A stretch of 64,000 nt of DNA from Candidatus Marinacidobacterales bacterium. Lineage in GTDB: Bacteria; Acidobacteriota; Vicinamibacteria; Marinacidobacterales; SMYC01. The notes beneath the pieces were generated by a model that saw nothing but the letters and a program-made list of their open reading frames with translations, searched no databases and was not told the DNA's origin. Of the stretch, positions 19,756-30,849 are shown piece after piece. Position 1 is the stretch's first letter. Each line of letters begins with the position of its first letter. The stretch covers positions 416,001 through 480,000 of the forward strand of contig CBDCYI010000004.1 in NCBI GenBank assembly GCA_965224085.1. Direction: 5' to 3'. Both the position numbers and the translations under genes were made by a program.

Positions 19756-20291
19756 ACAACCACCGCCTAGAAGGCGGTGGCTTCAAGGGCTGTCAATTGG
19801 AAATTGACTGTCGTCGTGAAGAGGCTCGCCATCCTGGGAGTCTATGTACTCCTTTACCATCTCGTCCGTTATGCTTCCTGAACTCACCGCCAGATATCCT
19901 CGGGCCCAGAAGTGCCGGCCCCAAAACTTCTTCCTCAGGTGAGCAAACTCCTGAAGGAGTACTCGGGAGCTTATTCCTTTTAGCCACTGCACGATCGTAC
20001 TCAGGTCCTGGTGTGGTCGGTAGGATACGAACACGTGGACGTGGTCGCGTGCAACCTTACCCGAGATTATGTGCAGCTCATGTTCCATCGCGATCTGACG
20101 AATCAGATCGCGCACACGAACCGCTACTGGACCGATCAAAACCTTTTTACGATATTTCGGTATCCAAACGATGTGCGCTTTTAGGTCCGTTTTCGTGTGC
20201 GCTCCGTGCCTGTAGTGACGCACGCGACCACAATACCACGATCTTCTCTTCGCCTAAAGGCGAGGGGTTTCGACCATCCCCGGAAGAGACA
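19752..20291 (-). mobile_element. IS200/IS605 family IS (tnpA only), copy 2
   Basis: 540 bp, TTAG target at 20292-20295 (minus strand), right end TCAC, terminal hairpins. Confidence 0.95.
19783..20223 (-). CDS. tnpA: Y1 HUH transposase TnpA
   Basis: HIVWIPKYR, DHVH (HUH), LKGISSR, FWARGY, KEYIDSQ catalytic Tyr. Confidence 0.95.
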   Translation of the reverse strand: MRHYRHGAHTKTDLKAHIVWIPKYRKKVLIGPVAVRVRDLIRQIAMEHELHIISGKVARDHVHVFVSYRPHQDLSTIVQWLKGISSRVLLQEFAHLRKKFWGRHFWARGYLAVSSGSITDEMVKEYIDSQDGEPLHDDSQFPIDSP

Positions 20292-21892
20292 CTAAGCGGA
20301 GTCCGCCTGCGTCCACGCTCCATCTATCTGCCGACGCTCCATCTATCTGCCGCCAGACCCCTCCGGGGTTGCGGTCGCGCAGCTCCGCAGGAAGCCGCGG
20401 CTCACGCACGTTGTCATAGCACTCGAGCATCGCGAATCGGCGAACCGAACCCGGAATGCCAACGGCCGTGAACCCGGGGTGACCCGTGGCCGGATACGGT
20501 CCCCCATGATTCATGGCGGGAGTCACCGCAACTCCAGTGGGCATCTTGTCGTTCAGGAGGCGCCCGACGCGTCTTCGAAGGTGGCGTTCCACACGAATGT
20601 AGAGCCCGTCATCCTCACCCTTCGTATCCGTGTAAATGGATCCGGTGAGATTGCCTTCGAAGCTGCTCACCACTTTCTCGAGCTCGTCCGCGTCTTTGGC
20701 CACCACGAACAAGTTGGAGTTCCCAAACGCTTCCGTTTGCAGCTTCTCCGGATCCCGAATGAACGCCTCACCGGTGGTCTTGACGAGCGTGTTCAGAAAA
20801 CGACAGCCGCTCCCATCGGCCTTCGAGCCTCCCGTTACGAGCGTCCCGCCCGCAGACTGGAGCGCTTCGACCGATTCGGCCAAGCTCTTCAAGCCAGAGA
20901 CGCCGAGCAGCGGAGTCGGCTTGGCTTTCTCGAAGCGACCGTGCATATCGGCGATGAACTGCTCCGCCTCCTCACCCTCCTGAAGCACGACGATGCCAGG
21001 ATTCGTACAGAACTGCCCCGTCCCCATGAGCGCAGAGGTTTGAAACTCCTCCGCAATCTCCCGGGCGCGCTCTTTCAAGGCGCCCGGCAATATGAATACC
21101 GGATTGATGCTACTCATCTCCAGGTAAATGGGCTTTCCTGCTGCATCGGCGGCGGCTTTCAATGTCAGCGCCGCCCAACGCGAGCCCGTATAGCCAGTCG
21201 CACCTATAAGAGGATGAGAAACGAGGTAAGCGCCGTCCTTGTGGTCGGTACGGTAGATCGTCTGGATGGTAGCAGCTGGAAGCCCGACCTCCTGAACCGC
21301 GGCAAAAGCTTCCGCCGCCAGGAGCTGGCTGGTTCGCGGATGACTCGGGTGCGCCTTGGCGATGACCGGGTTTCCGGCCGCAATGGCCGCTGCAAAATCA
21401 CCCCCGGCCACGCCGTTGAAGGCCAGCGGGAAATTGTTTGGGCCGAAGACAGCCACCGGCCCCCCCAGCGGACCAAACATCGAGCGGATATTGGTTTTCG
21501 TGTCGATCGTGGGCTCCGTCCAGCTGCGCTCGCGCCGCTACGGCCGCCTGGCGAAGCTGATTGCTGGTACGGGGTAGCTCGGCCTCGGCGAGCCGGGGCG
21601 AGAGAGGAAGCGCCGTCTCCAGGTGTGCGGCTTCCGCGATCTCCTCGGACCGTTCTTCGATGCGGTCGGCGTAACGATCCAGAAACTTGCCGATCGTCTC
21701 GGGTGAGACGTCGAACAGCGCGTCGGCAGCTGAGCTTCCGGCAACCAGCGCAGCGTCAACATCTTTCCGGCTGCTTACCGGATAGACGGGACCTATCGTT
21801 TCGCCCGTCGAGGGATTGATGGCTTGAAAAGTACCGGTCGCGTCCGCAGGCCGCCACTCTCCATCGATGAGTACTTTCTCCGTTTCCGTCAT
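20292..21892 (-). pseudogene. NADP-dependent aldehyde dehydrogenase (alpha-ketoglutaric semialdehyde dehydrogenase-like), frameshifted
   Basis: FGPNNFPLAF, EMSSINP, GQFCTNPG, PTGVAV, HGGPYPAT; frameshift near 21520-21545 and a 19-bp duplication at the 3' end. Confidence 0.85.
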
Positions 21893-22070
21893 GATCGTGC
21901 TCCTCAGTCGCTGTCCCCTGTTCGGCGACAATATACCTCCGCGTTGTCTCCCTCGGTACTTTTTTGCTAATGTCGCGTACAGAAACAGGTGCCGTCACCT
22001 CATCCGCCTGGAGAAATGAGATGGAACGCGCTTGGCTTTCCTTGGGGTTCTCACGGACGCCGAGGCCATT

Positions 22071-24939
22071 ATGAGCGCTTCTCGTTGGCAAGAGGTCAAG
22101 GCGCTCTTCGACGCCGCATCCAAGCGGGCCCCTCGGAGCGCGGCCGATTCTTGGACGAGGCTTGCCCCGACGAGGAAGTCCGGCGGGAGGTCGAGTCTCT
22201 TCTGCACGTTAAGATCAAGAGCTTTCTCGAAGATTCCCCCACCGATCTCGCCGCCTCATCGAGTGTCGAAACGTCCGACCTCATCGGGCGGCAACTCTCT
22301 CACTACAAGGTGCTCTCGGAAGTAAGCCGTGGGGGCATAGGGATCGTCTACCGCGCACTTGGCGTCAAGCTGAATCGTGACAGTCGCCATCAAGGTGCTT
22401 CCGCCGGAGCTGACCGAGAACGCGGAGCGAAAACGCCGCTTCGTCCAGGCGGCCCACGCGGCCGCCGCGCTCGAGCATCCTCACATCGCCGTCATCTACG
22501 AGATCGATGACGCCGAGGGCGTAACGTTCATCGCGATGGAGTTGATCCGCGGGGAAAAGCTAATTGACGTCCTCGCGAAGGAGGAGTTCACCGTAGCGCG
22601 CGCCCTGGAGATAGCCATCGAGATCGCCGAAGGGCTTTCTCGCGCCCACGAAAAGGGAATCGTACACCGCGATCTCAAGCCCGCGAAAATCATGATCACC
22701 TATGACGGACACGTCAAGATCATCGACTTCGGGCTGGCGAAGCTCATGGAGCACGCTACCCAGACGGACAGCAACGTCCCAACGACCGTCCGCGGTCGAA
22801 CAGCTTCCGGCGTCGTCATGGGCACGAACTCGTACATGTCCCCGGAGCAAGCTCGAGGTCTCAAGGTCGATCATGGAACGACATTTTCAGCTCCGGAATC
22901 GTTCTCTACGAGATATTGACCGGATCGGCCCCCTTCAGAGCACCGAGCGGGGCCGAAACATTGAACGCCATCATCAACACGCCGGCGCCACCGCTGGATT
23001 CCGTAGACGCGGCGTTGGCTCCGCAGCTTCAGCGCGTCCTGGACGGTTGTCTCGCAAAGGATGCGAGCGACCGCTACCCGGAGATGAAGGCGCTTCTCTC
23101 CGACCTGCGCCTGACCAAGCGGGATGCCGACAGCCGTGCCTCCGGCGTGAAGCCGTGGGCGGGCCCCGGCAAGCTCGGGCGCTGCTCCCTCCCAGGCGAT
23201 CTTGGGCGTTGGCTTTGGCCGTCGGCGCCGCCGTGGCCGCGATCGGCATCTATACCTACAGCGTACGGGAGCCGCCTCTTCCCCGACTGAGCAGCCCAGT
23301 TCAGATAACGCTCGCTCTCGGCGTCGAGGACTATCCGACTTGGTCTCCCGATGGGCGTTCCTTCGCCTACGCCGCAAGCGAGACCGGGGTGTTTCGCCGG
23401 GGCAATTGGGACATTATGATCACACAGCTCGGCGGCGGCGAGCCGCTCAACCGCGCTGCCGATTATGACGGCGTGGACTCGTTCCCCAGCTGGTCACCCG
23501 ATGGAACGTCGATCGCCTTCCATTCCAATCGCGACGGCGGCGGAATTTTCGTGATGTCGCCTCTTTCCGGCGCTCCTCAGCGTGTCGTATCGCCCGAGCA
23601 CGCGGAGCACGCCGAGTTCTCTAGCGCGCCCAACTGGTCGCGCGACGGTACAAAGCTCGCGTTCATCGATCACATGGAGCTCGAGATCGTCTCGGTGCAG
23701 ACCGGAGAGTTCCGCCGCTTCGCTCTTCTAGGCAGCTCGGGCACCCGCTACGATCCAAGCTGGTCTCCTAGCGAAAGGTTCATGGCCTTCGTCGCGGCTC
23801 AGAATCGGACCGCGACCGTGACGGAGCTCTGGCTGCTTCGCCTAAAGGATGGCGAGGCGATCCCGTTGACCGACGGCCAGTCCAAAGACTGGAGTCCGAG
23901 CTGGTCCATCAACGGCCGCTCGCTCTACTACGTCTCGAACCGCGGTGGCGCCATGGATCTCTGGCAGCTTCCAATCGGATCGGACGGCACTCTTACTGGC
24001 GAGCCCGTACCGCTCACGGTGGGGATCGGAATGCGACGCGCCACCCTCTCGGACGATGGCTCACGAGTGGCCTACTCGGACGGCGGACAGATCGCCAATC
24101 TCTGGCGCGTGCTGATCCTGAAAGAGCGCGAGGCCACTTGGACCGACGCGGAGCAGCTCACTTTCGATCAGCCGATGATCACCATCGTCAAGGTTTCCGC
24201 GGATCGACGACTCGCGTTCAACTCGGGACGGGCCGGCAACCCCGACCTCTGGATACTATCGACGGGCGGCGGCCCAATGCAGCAGCTGACGACCGACGCG
24301 AAGCCCGAATGGTCACCCTCGTGGTCGCCGGACGGGACAGAGATCGTGTTCTATTCGTTGCGCACCGGAACCCGGCACATCTGGGCCATGCCCTCGACCG
24401 GCGGTCAGGCCGACAGCTAACGAGCAGCGACGCCGAGGACTACCATCCGCGCTGGTCACCGGACGGTGGTTCGATATCGTTTCACTCGCTCCGCACTGGA
24501 AACATGGACATCAGGGTGATTCCCGCCGAGGGCGGCGAGCCGCGACAGATCACCAACAGCCAGAGTGGAGATTTTTCTGCTCAATGGTCTCGAGACAGCA
24601 AGTCGCTGCTATGGATCTCGACAAGAGATTCCGAAGTCCCGAAGCTCTGGCGCATGAGGCTCGAGGGCGGGGTACCGCAGCAAGTCACAAAAGGCCCAGC
24701 CTGGTATCCCGCGCCCTCACTCGACGGTGAACGGATTTACTTCACCGGCTACGCCGAGAGGATGGGGAATATCTGGGAGGTACCCATGGCGGGCCGGAGT
24801 GGAACGCCCGGTCACCGACTTCCGCGACAAGCGCGGGAGCCCAGGCTCGGAGTCGCTCACCACGGACGGCGAGTTCATCTACTTCTCCTGGGAGGAGGAC
24901 ATGGGCGACATCTGGGTGATGGACGTGAGCAGACCGTGA
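22071..24939 (+). pseudogene. Ser/Thr protein kinase with TM and PD40/TolB repeats, multiple frameshifts
   Basis: RWQEVKALFDAA, VAIKVL, HRDLKP, DFGLAK, YMSPEQ and WSPDG repeats spread over several frames. Confidence 0.88.
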
Positions 24940-25047
24940 GGGCGTCGAGCGGCTTAGGGTCGATTCGTGGGGACGAGGCGCTGCAGCTCTTGGACTCGAG
25001 CGGCATATCCCATTCCACTAACATACGCATTTCAGTACCTCCTTGAT

Positions 25048-25536
25048 TTACGATTTTACTCTTTGCGGAACGTGCCCGCGCTTAAACACCATGACGGTCC
25101 TCTTGAACTCGATGACGGTCCTCCCCTCCTGGTTGTAGCCCGTCGTGTGGAACGACACGATACCTATATTTGAGCGCGATTTCGACTCCCGCTTCGACAG
25201 CACTTCGCTCTTCGAGTAGATCGTGTCACCCTCGAAGACCGGGTTCGGCAGACGCACTTCGTCCCAGCCCAAATTGGCCATCACGTTCTGGGAAATGTCG
25301 GTGACGGATTGTCCCGTCACCAATGCGAGCGTGAACGTAGAGTCGACGAGCGGTTTCTTGTATTCCGTCTGCGAAGCGTAGTGATGGTCGAAGTGGATTG
25401 GGTTCGTGTTCTGCGTCAAAAGCGTGAACCAGCTATTGTCGACCGATAAGACGGTACGCCCGAGAGGATGCTCGTAAACGTCGCCCACTTCGAAATCTTC
25501 GTAGACGCGCCCCGTCCAACCTTCCTTCACCGCCAT
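25048..25536 (-). CDS. MaoC family dehydratase
   Basis: GRVYEDFEVGD, DNSWFTLLTQNTNPIHFD, PVFEGDTIY. Confidence 0.9.
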   Translation of the reverse strand: MAVKEGWTGRVYEDFEVGDVYEHPLGRTVLSVDNSWFTLLTQNTNPIHFDHHYASQTEYKKPLVDSTFTLALVTGQSVTDISQNVMANLGWDEVRLPNPVFEGDTIYSKSEVLSKRESKSRSNIGIVSFHTTGYNQEGRTVIEFKRTVMVFKRGHVPQRVKS

Positions 25537-26714
25537 TAGATGACCCCCTCTTTCCTCAAAGCTGCAATGTCCTCTGCGCTATAGCCGATATCGCTCAGGA
25601 TACGACCGGTATCGGCGCCAACCTCGGGCACCGGGCCCATGACTGGCTCCACGCCATCGATCGTCGCGGGTGGGATGAGCGCCGAGAGTTTGCCTACGGG
25701 CGAGTCGATCTCCTGCCAACGATCGCGCGCCGCGAGCTGCGGGTGGCGGACGAAATCAAGAACTTCATTGACTTCGCAGTGGGCGATATCCGCGTCGGCG
25801 AGCCGGTTCAGGATCTCTTTCGTGGTCACCGCCCGGAACACCGACTCGATGACTTCGAAAAGCGCCTCCCGGTGCTCCACGCGTTCCGCGTTCGAGAAAA
25901 AGCGCGCATCAGTGGCGAGCTCGGGGCGCTCCAAAACGCGCTCGCAAAAGCGGAGCCACTCCCGTTCGTTCTGGATCGCAACGAATATGGATTCGCCGTT
26001 CCCCGTCTCGACGTCGCCATACGGCGCAATCGTCGGGTGGCGCGTTCCCGAACGCCGGGGCGACGTGCCGCTATAGCCGGCGTAGTAGACCGGGTAGCCC
26101 ATCCACTCGCCGAGCGCCTCGAGCAGCGAGACTTCCACGTGGCTCCCTTCGCCGGTCTTCTGACGCTTGATGAGCGCGGTGAGGATGCCGGAATACGCGT
26201 ACATCCCGGCCGCGATGTCGGCCACCGAGATGCCGACCCGCGCCGGCGCCGCCTCGGTGCCCGTGATCGAGAGAAGCCCCGATTCCGCCTGCACGAGGAG
26301 GTCATAGGCCTTTTTATCCTTGTACGGTCCGGTCGAGCCGAAGCCGGAGATCTCGCAATTAATAATGTGGGGATAGGTCTCACGCACCGTTCCCGCGCCA
26401 AAGCCGAGCCGACCAAGCGCACCGGGAGCGAGGTTCGAGAGAAGCACGTCCGCGTTGTCGATGAGCTTTCCTAGTATTTCCCGGCCCGCCGCCGCCTTGA
26501 CGTCTAGGGTGAGCGACTCTTTGGACCGATTCAGCCAAACGAAGTGGCTGGACATGCCCTTGACGGCACGGTCGTAGCCTCGGGCGAAATCGCCCTTTCC
26601 GGGCCGCTCGATCTTGATGACGCGGGCGCCGAGATCGGCTAGCTGCCGCGTCGCGAAGGGGCCCGCGACCGCTTGCTCGACCGAGACGACCGTGACGTCG
26701 CCGAGAGGAAGCAC
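25536..26714 (-). CDS. CaiB/BaiF family III CoA-transferase
   Basis: AGPFATRQLADLGARVIKIERPG, NRSKES, AYDLLVQAESG, ADIAAG; probable GTG start at 26714. Confidence 0.92.
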   Translation of the reverse strand: MLPLGDVTVVSVEQAVAGPFATRQLADLGARVIKIERPGKGDFARGYDRAVKGMSSHFVWLNRSKESLTLDVKAAAGREILGKLIDNADVLLSNLAPGALGRLGFGAGTVRETYPHIINCEISGFGSTGPYKDKKAYDLLVQAESGLLSITGTEAAPARVGISVADIAAGMYAYSGILTALIKRQKTGEGSHVEVSLLEALGEWMGYPVYYAGYSGTSPRRSGTRHPTIAPYGDVETGNGESIFVAIQNEREWLRFCERVLERPELATDARFFSNAERVEHREALFEVIESVFRAVTTKEILNRLADADIAHCEVNEVLDFVRHPQLAARDRWQEIDSPVGKLSALIPPATIDGVEPVMGPVPEVGADTGRILSDIGYSAEDIAALRKEGVI

Positions 26715-26716
26715 TA

Positions 26717-26905
26717 GCAGGCTGCCCAAAAAGTACCCGCGCAGCCTGCGCGAGCGGCCAGCCTTCGCTGAAGCTTCGGCGGCGGGCGCACCGCCGTCCG
26801 CAGCGAGCCGGCGAGCGGAGGACAGGGCGCGAGCGAAGACAGAGCGCCCACGGATGAATGACCCAACGAAACGCCGGGTGCGTTCACGGAGAGCGAACGA
26901 GCACT
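26717..26905. mobile_element. MITE-like insertion flanked by 8-bp direct repeat AAGCACTA
   Basis: AAGCACTA at 26709-26716 and 26906-26913; left end resembles 63888-63908. Confidence 0.6.
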
Positions 26906-26910
26906 AAGCA

Positions 26911-28074
26911 CTAATAAGACCGCGGCAAACCGAGCACGCGCTCGGCGATGAAGGTCAGGATCAAGTTCGTCGACACCGGCGCCACCTGATAGAGCCGCGT
27001 CTCACGAAACTTCCGCTCGATATCGTACTCCGCGGCGAAGCCGAAGCCTCCAAAAGTCTGGAGGGCGGCATTGCCCGCCTCCCACGATGCATCCGCGGCC
27101 AGAAGCTTTGCCATGTTGGCGTCGGCGCCGCACGATTCACCGCGGTCGAACAAATCGGCCGCGCGGAAGCGCACCAAGTCCGCCGCTTCAGTGTGTGCGT
27201 GGGCGCGTGCCAGCGGAAACTGAATGCCTTGATTCTGCCCGATGGGCCGGCCGAAGACTTCGCGGTCGCGCGCATATTCGCTCGAGCGGTCGAGAAAGAA
27301 GCGTGCGTCACCGATACATTCCGCGGCGATGAGAATCCTCTCCGCGTTCATCCCATCGAGGATGTAACGAAAGCCTTTCCCTTCTTCCCCAATCAGATTC
27401 TCGCCCGGGACCTCCAAATCGTCGAGGAACAGCTCGCACGAATGGTGGTTCATCATCGTGGGGATGGGACGCACAGTGATGCCATTTCCGATGGCTTCGC
27501 GCAAGTCGACGAGAAACACCGAGAGACCTTCGGTCTTTTTGGTGACCTCCTCGAAAGCTGTCGTGCGGGCCAGCAGCAGCATCAAGTCGGAATGTTCGGT
27601 ACGCGAGATCCAGACTTTCTGGCCGTTCACGATATAGCGATCGCCTTCGCGGCGGGCGAAGGTCTGAAGCTTTGTCGTGTCGGAGCCGGTGGTCGGCTCC
27701 GTCACCCCGAAAGCTTGAAGTCTGAGCTCGCCATTCGCAATCGACGGGAGGAAACGCTTCTTCTGCTCGCCGGAGCCATGCCGGAGGAGCGTCCCCATGA
27801 TGTACATCTGGGCGTGGCACACACCGGCATTTCCGGGCGAATGGTTGATCGCCTCCAGGATGAGGCTCGTCTCGAGCAGCCCGAGACCGGCCCCACCGTA
27901 CTCTTGTGGAATGAGCGCGCCGAGCCAGCCACCTTTCGTGAGCGCGGCGATGAACTCTGTCGGGTAGCCGAGCTCCCGGTCGAGCTTCTGCCAATATTCG
28001 CCGGAAAAGTCCCGGACGACATCCCGCACCGATTGGCGGATTTGTTCCTGCTCCGGCGTGAGGCAAAAATCCAT
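26911..28074 (-). CDS. Acyl-CoA dehydrogenase
   Basis: Start MDFCLTPEQ; VTEPTTGSD, NGQKVWIS, FGRPIGQNQG, GGFGF, RETRLYQVAP. Confidence 0.93.
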   Translation of the reverse strand: MDFCLTPEQEQIRQSVRDVVRDFSGEYWQKLDRELGYPTEFIAALTKGGWLGALIPQEYGGAGLGLLETSLILEAINHSPGNAGVCHAQMYIMGTLLRHGSGEQKKRFLPSIANGELRLQAFGVTEPTTGSDTTKLQTFARREGDRYIVNGQKVWISRTEHSDLMLLLARTTAFEEVTKKTEGLSVFLVDLREAIGNGITVRPIPTMMNHHSCELFLDDLEVPGENLIGEEGKGFRYILDGMNAERILIAAECIGDARFFLDRSSEYARDREVFGRPIGQNQGIQFPLARAHAHTEAADLVRFRAADLFDRGESCGADANMAKLLAADASWEAGNAALQTFGGFGFAAEYDIERKFRETRLYQVAPVSTNLILTFIAERVLGLPRSY

Positions 28075-28137
28075 TTCGGCGGCAGAATAGCACCGAACAG
28101 ACTCGCTAGTATAGAATCCACGCTCGTAGGAGGAACC

Positions 28138-28812
28138 ATGACAAGCGCATCCACATCTGGTCCCAACGTTCGAAATCTCATCCTCGCTCCCGCGATCATC
28201 AGCTTTGCGATCACAATCTTGCGGCTCGTCGGCGAGCTCAACCAATGGTCACCTGGGGTGTTCAGCCGTGAAGCCGGGGGCGGCGGATCGTGGCTCGGGA
28301 TTTCTTGGCTCGTTCCGATTTTCGGTGCCTATTTTGCCGTCAAGCTCGTTCGTGACGGCTACACGCCGAAGAGTAATATCAAAGTAATCTTGTTCGCGAT
28401 CCTCGGCGCCGCAGTCTCTATGGGAATCATGATGGCCTTTTTCAGCCACGGTGTTACGGATGTCCTCTTTGTCCTGGCGTCGTTCGTAGGCGCCGGCGCC
28501 GGCATTGCCCTCCAGCGCATCGCCTGGCCCGAACTGTTTCGCACCCTTCTCACCTACGCGTTCGCGGCCCGAATCCCGGTCGCGCTCGTGATGCTCGTCG
28601 TGATTTCCGGTAGCTGGGGGACCCATTACGACGTAGCACCGCCCGGCGGCATTCCGGAGATGAGCGCTCTCGCCACATGGTTCTATATCGGTTTCGTGCC
28701 GCAGTTCACGGGCTGGATCATGTTCACCACGGTGATTGGAAGCCTGGCCGGCGGCATCGCAGCCGTCGCCAGGCGGGCCAAAGCACCGGAAGAGGCAGCT
28801 CAAACAAGTTAA
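28138..28812 (+). CDS. Hypothetical integral membrane protein
   Basis: AGGAGG RBS before ATG 28138, about six hydrophobic segments, WGTHYD. Confidence 0.75.
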   Translation: MTSASTSGPNVRNLILAPAIISFAITILRLVGELNQWSPGVFSREAGGGGSWLGISWLVPIFGAYFAVKLVRDGYTPKSNIKVILFAILGAAVSMGIMMAFFSHGVTDVLFVLASFVGAGAGIALQRIAWPELFRTLLTYAFAARIPVALVMLVVISGSWGTHYDVAPPGGIPEMSALATWFYIGFVPQFTGWIMFTTVIGSLAGGIAAVARRAKAPEEAAQTS

Positions 28813-28821
28813 ATTCCCCGG

Positions 28822-29277
28822 GTGGAGTTCTCACTCGAATCGAAATACGTCACTGAAGACAGTACGATTCTGATCTCCGGCGTTCAGGTGCTTGTGCGCC
28901 TGCCGATGGATCAGCACCGCGCCGATCGGCGCGCCTGACTTCGTACGGCTACCCTTGTCTCGGGCTATCGCGGCTCCCCGCTCGGCGGTCTCGACCACGA
29001 GCTTTCCCGGCATCAATGAAGACCTCGGCGCGACCGCGGTGTTCGGAAGCCAAATGGCCGGCCTCTTCCCGAGCCCGAAATATGACGGGGTCCTCGGCAT
29101 GTGGTACGGAAAAGCACCCGGCGTCGATCGCACTGGCGACGTTTTCAAGCACGCGAACTTCGCGGGGGTCGGACGCACTCGCGGTGTACTCGCGATCGTG
29201 GGCGACGACACGACCGCAAAATCGTCGACGCTCCCATCACAATCGGAAGCCGCATTCTACAACGCGCTCATGCCAAA
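28822..29277 (+). pseudogene. N-terminal remnant of indolepyruvate ferredoxin oxidoreductase family protein
   Basis: GVQVLVRLPMDQ...SGYRGSPLGGLD (with internal stop), then PGINEDLGATAV, WYGKAPGVDRTGD, GDD..AKSST. Confidence 0.8.
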
Positions 29278-29407
29278 GGTTTACCCTTCAAAGGTTCCAC
29301 CCTTTTGTTGTGGGACCTACGACCTACGAAAAAGCTTAATTCTTAGCGGATGTCACTTAAGGCCGGCCAGGGAGGTTTTGGTCGCTGTATGTCGTCATGA
29401 GAAGGTG

Positions 29408-30343
29408 ATGGCCCGACGTCTGCGCATGATCGACAACGAGAGCGGTGTTGTAGAGATTACTTCTCGCGTCCAACATGGGCGGTTTCTGCTCCGACCCTCT
29501 CCGCATAGCAATGACCTCATTCTCGGAGTCTTGGGTCGGGCCCAATCAAAGTACGACGTCGCCCTCTACTGTTTCATCTTTATGAGCAACCATTTTCACT
29601 TGCTGATGAAGGCGGCCTCCGTCAGACAAATGAGTCGGTTCGTGGGTTTCGTCAAAGGCAACTTGGCCAAAGAGTTAGGGCGCCTTCATGATTGGAGAGA
29701 GAACCTGTGGGGGCGACGCTATCACTCCGCCTCGGTCGGAGCGTCCGAGGAAGCGCAGGTCGCTCGATTCTCGTATATTCTTGCGAACGGCTGCAAAGAA
29801 GGACTCGTTGCATCGCCGCTTGAATGGCCGGGCGTCAGTAGCGCCAGGGCGCTCTACAGTGGCGAGAACACTTTGCAGGGTACGTGGTATGACCGCACCG
29901 CTCAGTATCGGGCGCAAAAACACGGAGAAGACAGAAAGGTCAAACTTTTTCCTTCAGCGGAGATCGTTCACTTGAGCCCGCTTCCCTTTCTTGCGGAACG
30001 AAGCTTGGACGAGCAACGAGCCTTCGTCATCAGCGCTATCCGTAGACTCGAAGACGAAACCGCCCAAAAACACCGCGAATGCGGCACGGCTCCCATCGGA
30101 GTTCGAAGCATTCGACGCTAAAATTCTCACGACAAGCCGAAGGAGTTCAAATCTTCCCCCGCGCCAATCATTCACGCCGCGAACCCGGAAGAGTTCTGGA
30201 CAATGCGCGAAGCACGCAGGATGAAAGTCACTGCATATCGCAGCGCGGCCGAGCGGTTGAAAAGAGGTGAGATTGACGTGCGCTTTCCCGTGGGGTGCTT
30301 TCCGCCTCCGCTCCCATACGTGGAAAGCAGGGCGCCTCCATAA
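29408..30343 (+). mobile_element. REP-associated tyrosine transposase (RAYT/Y1)-like gene, frameshift near 30110
   Basis: MARRLR, FMSNHFHLL (HUH), WGRRY, YILAN..K.GLV, WPGVSS; C-terminal FPVGCFPP in another frame. Confidence 0.8.
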
Positions 30344-30849
30344 CGCGATCATTCACTGCTTCGCTGCTCTAGCTCACCATCACCGTCCACGAACAGCCTT
30401 CGTGTGTCCGCAAACCGGAAATTAGCGATCAGTTCGAGATGGAGCCACTTTGAGCCAGTTTCAGCTCCCATCATCCTCCCGCCGTCCCTTCACTCAGTTC
30501 GATCGACCCGATTTCGCCCTCCTCACGCGAACAAAAGCATGTCACCTTTTTCTTTCAACCTTTTTCTTTCAGCATGTTATCTGGCGGGGTGGGGCTTCGG
30601 AAAAGCAACCCTCGACGGTGAGACGCTCTACGAAGACTACCAGATACACTTCATGGTCACGCAGGGCATGCGCGACCGCGAGACCCTGAAAGTCGACTAC
30701 CCGCTCTTGAACAAAAATCGCGCGCCGGCGCGGTGAACCCGGGCGCGATGCAGATGGATTTCTTCATCCGCAGCCCGGAGAACGACGAGCGCAACAACCA
30801 GGGGCGCAAAGTGTTCGACCACTTCTTCGCCATGGAAGTAGGTGTGCTC

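Noticed and set aside
18052-20291. tnpB/iscB nuclease within the IS200 copies
   Set aside because: Elements are about 540 bp and encode only TnpA; the intervening gene is a racemase-family enzyme
27193-28137. N-terminal extension of the 539-aa ORF
   Set aside because: Antisense to the acyl-CoA dehydrogenase; the real gene starts at 28138 after an RBS
28892-30121. 409-aa IOR-transposase fusion ORF
   Set aside because: Chance in-frame read-through from a pseudogene into the RAYT gene
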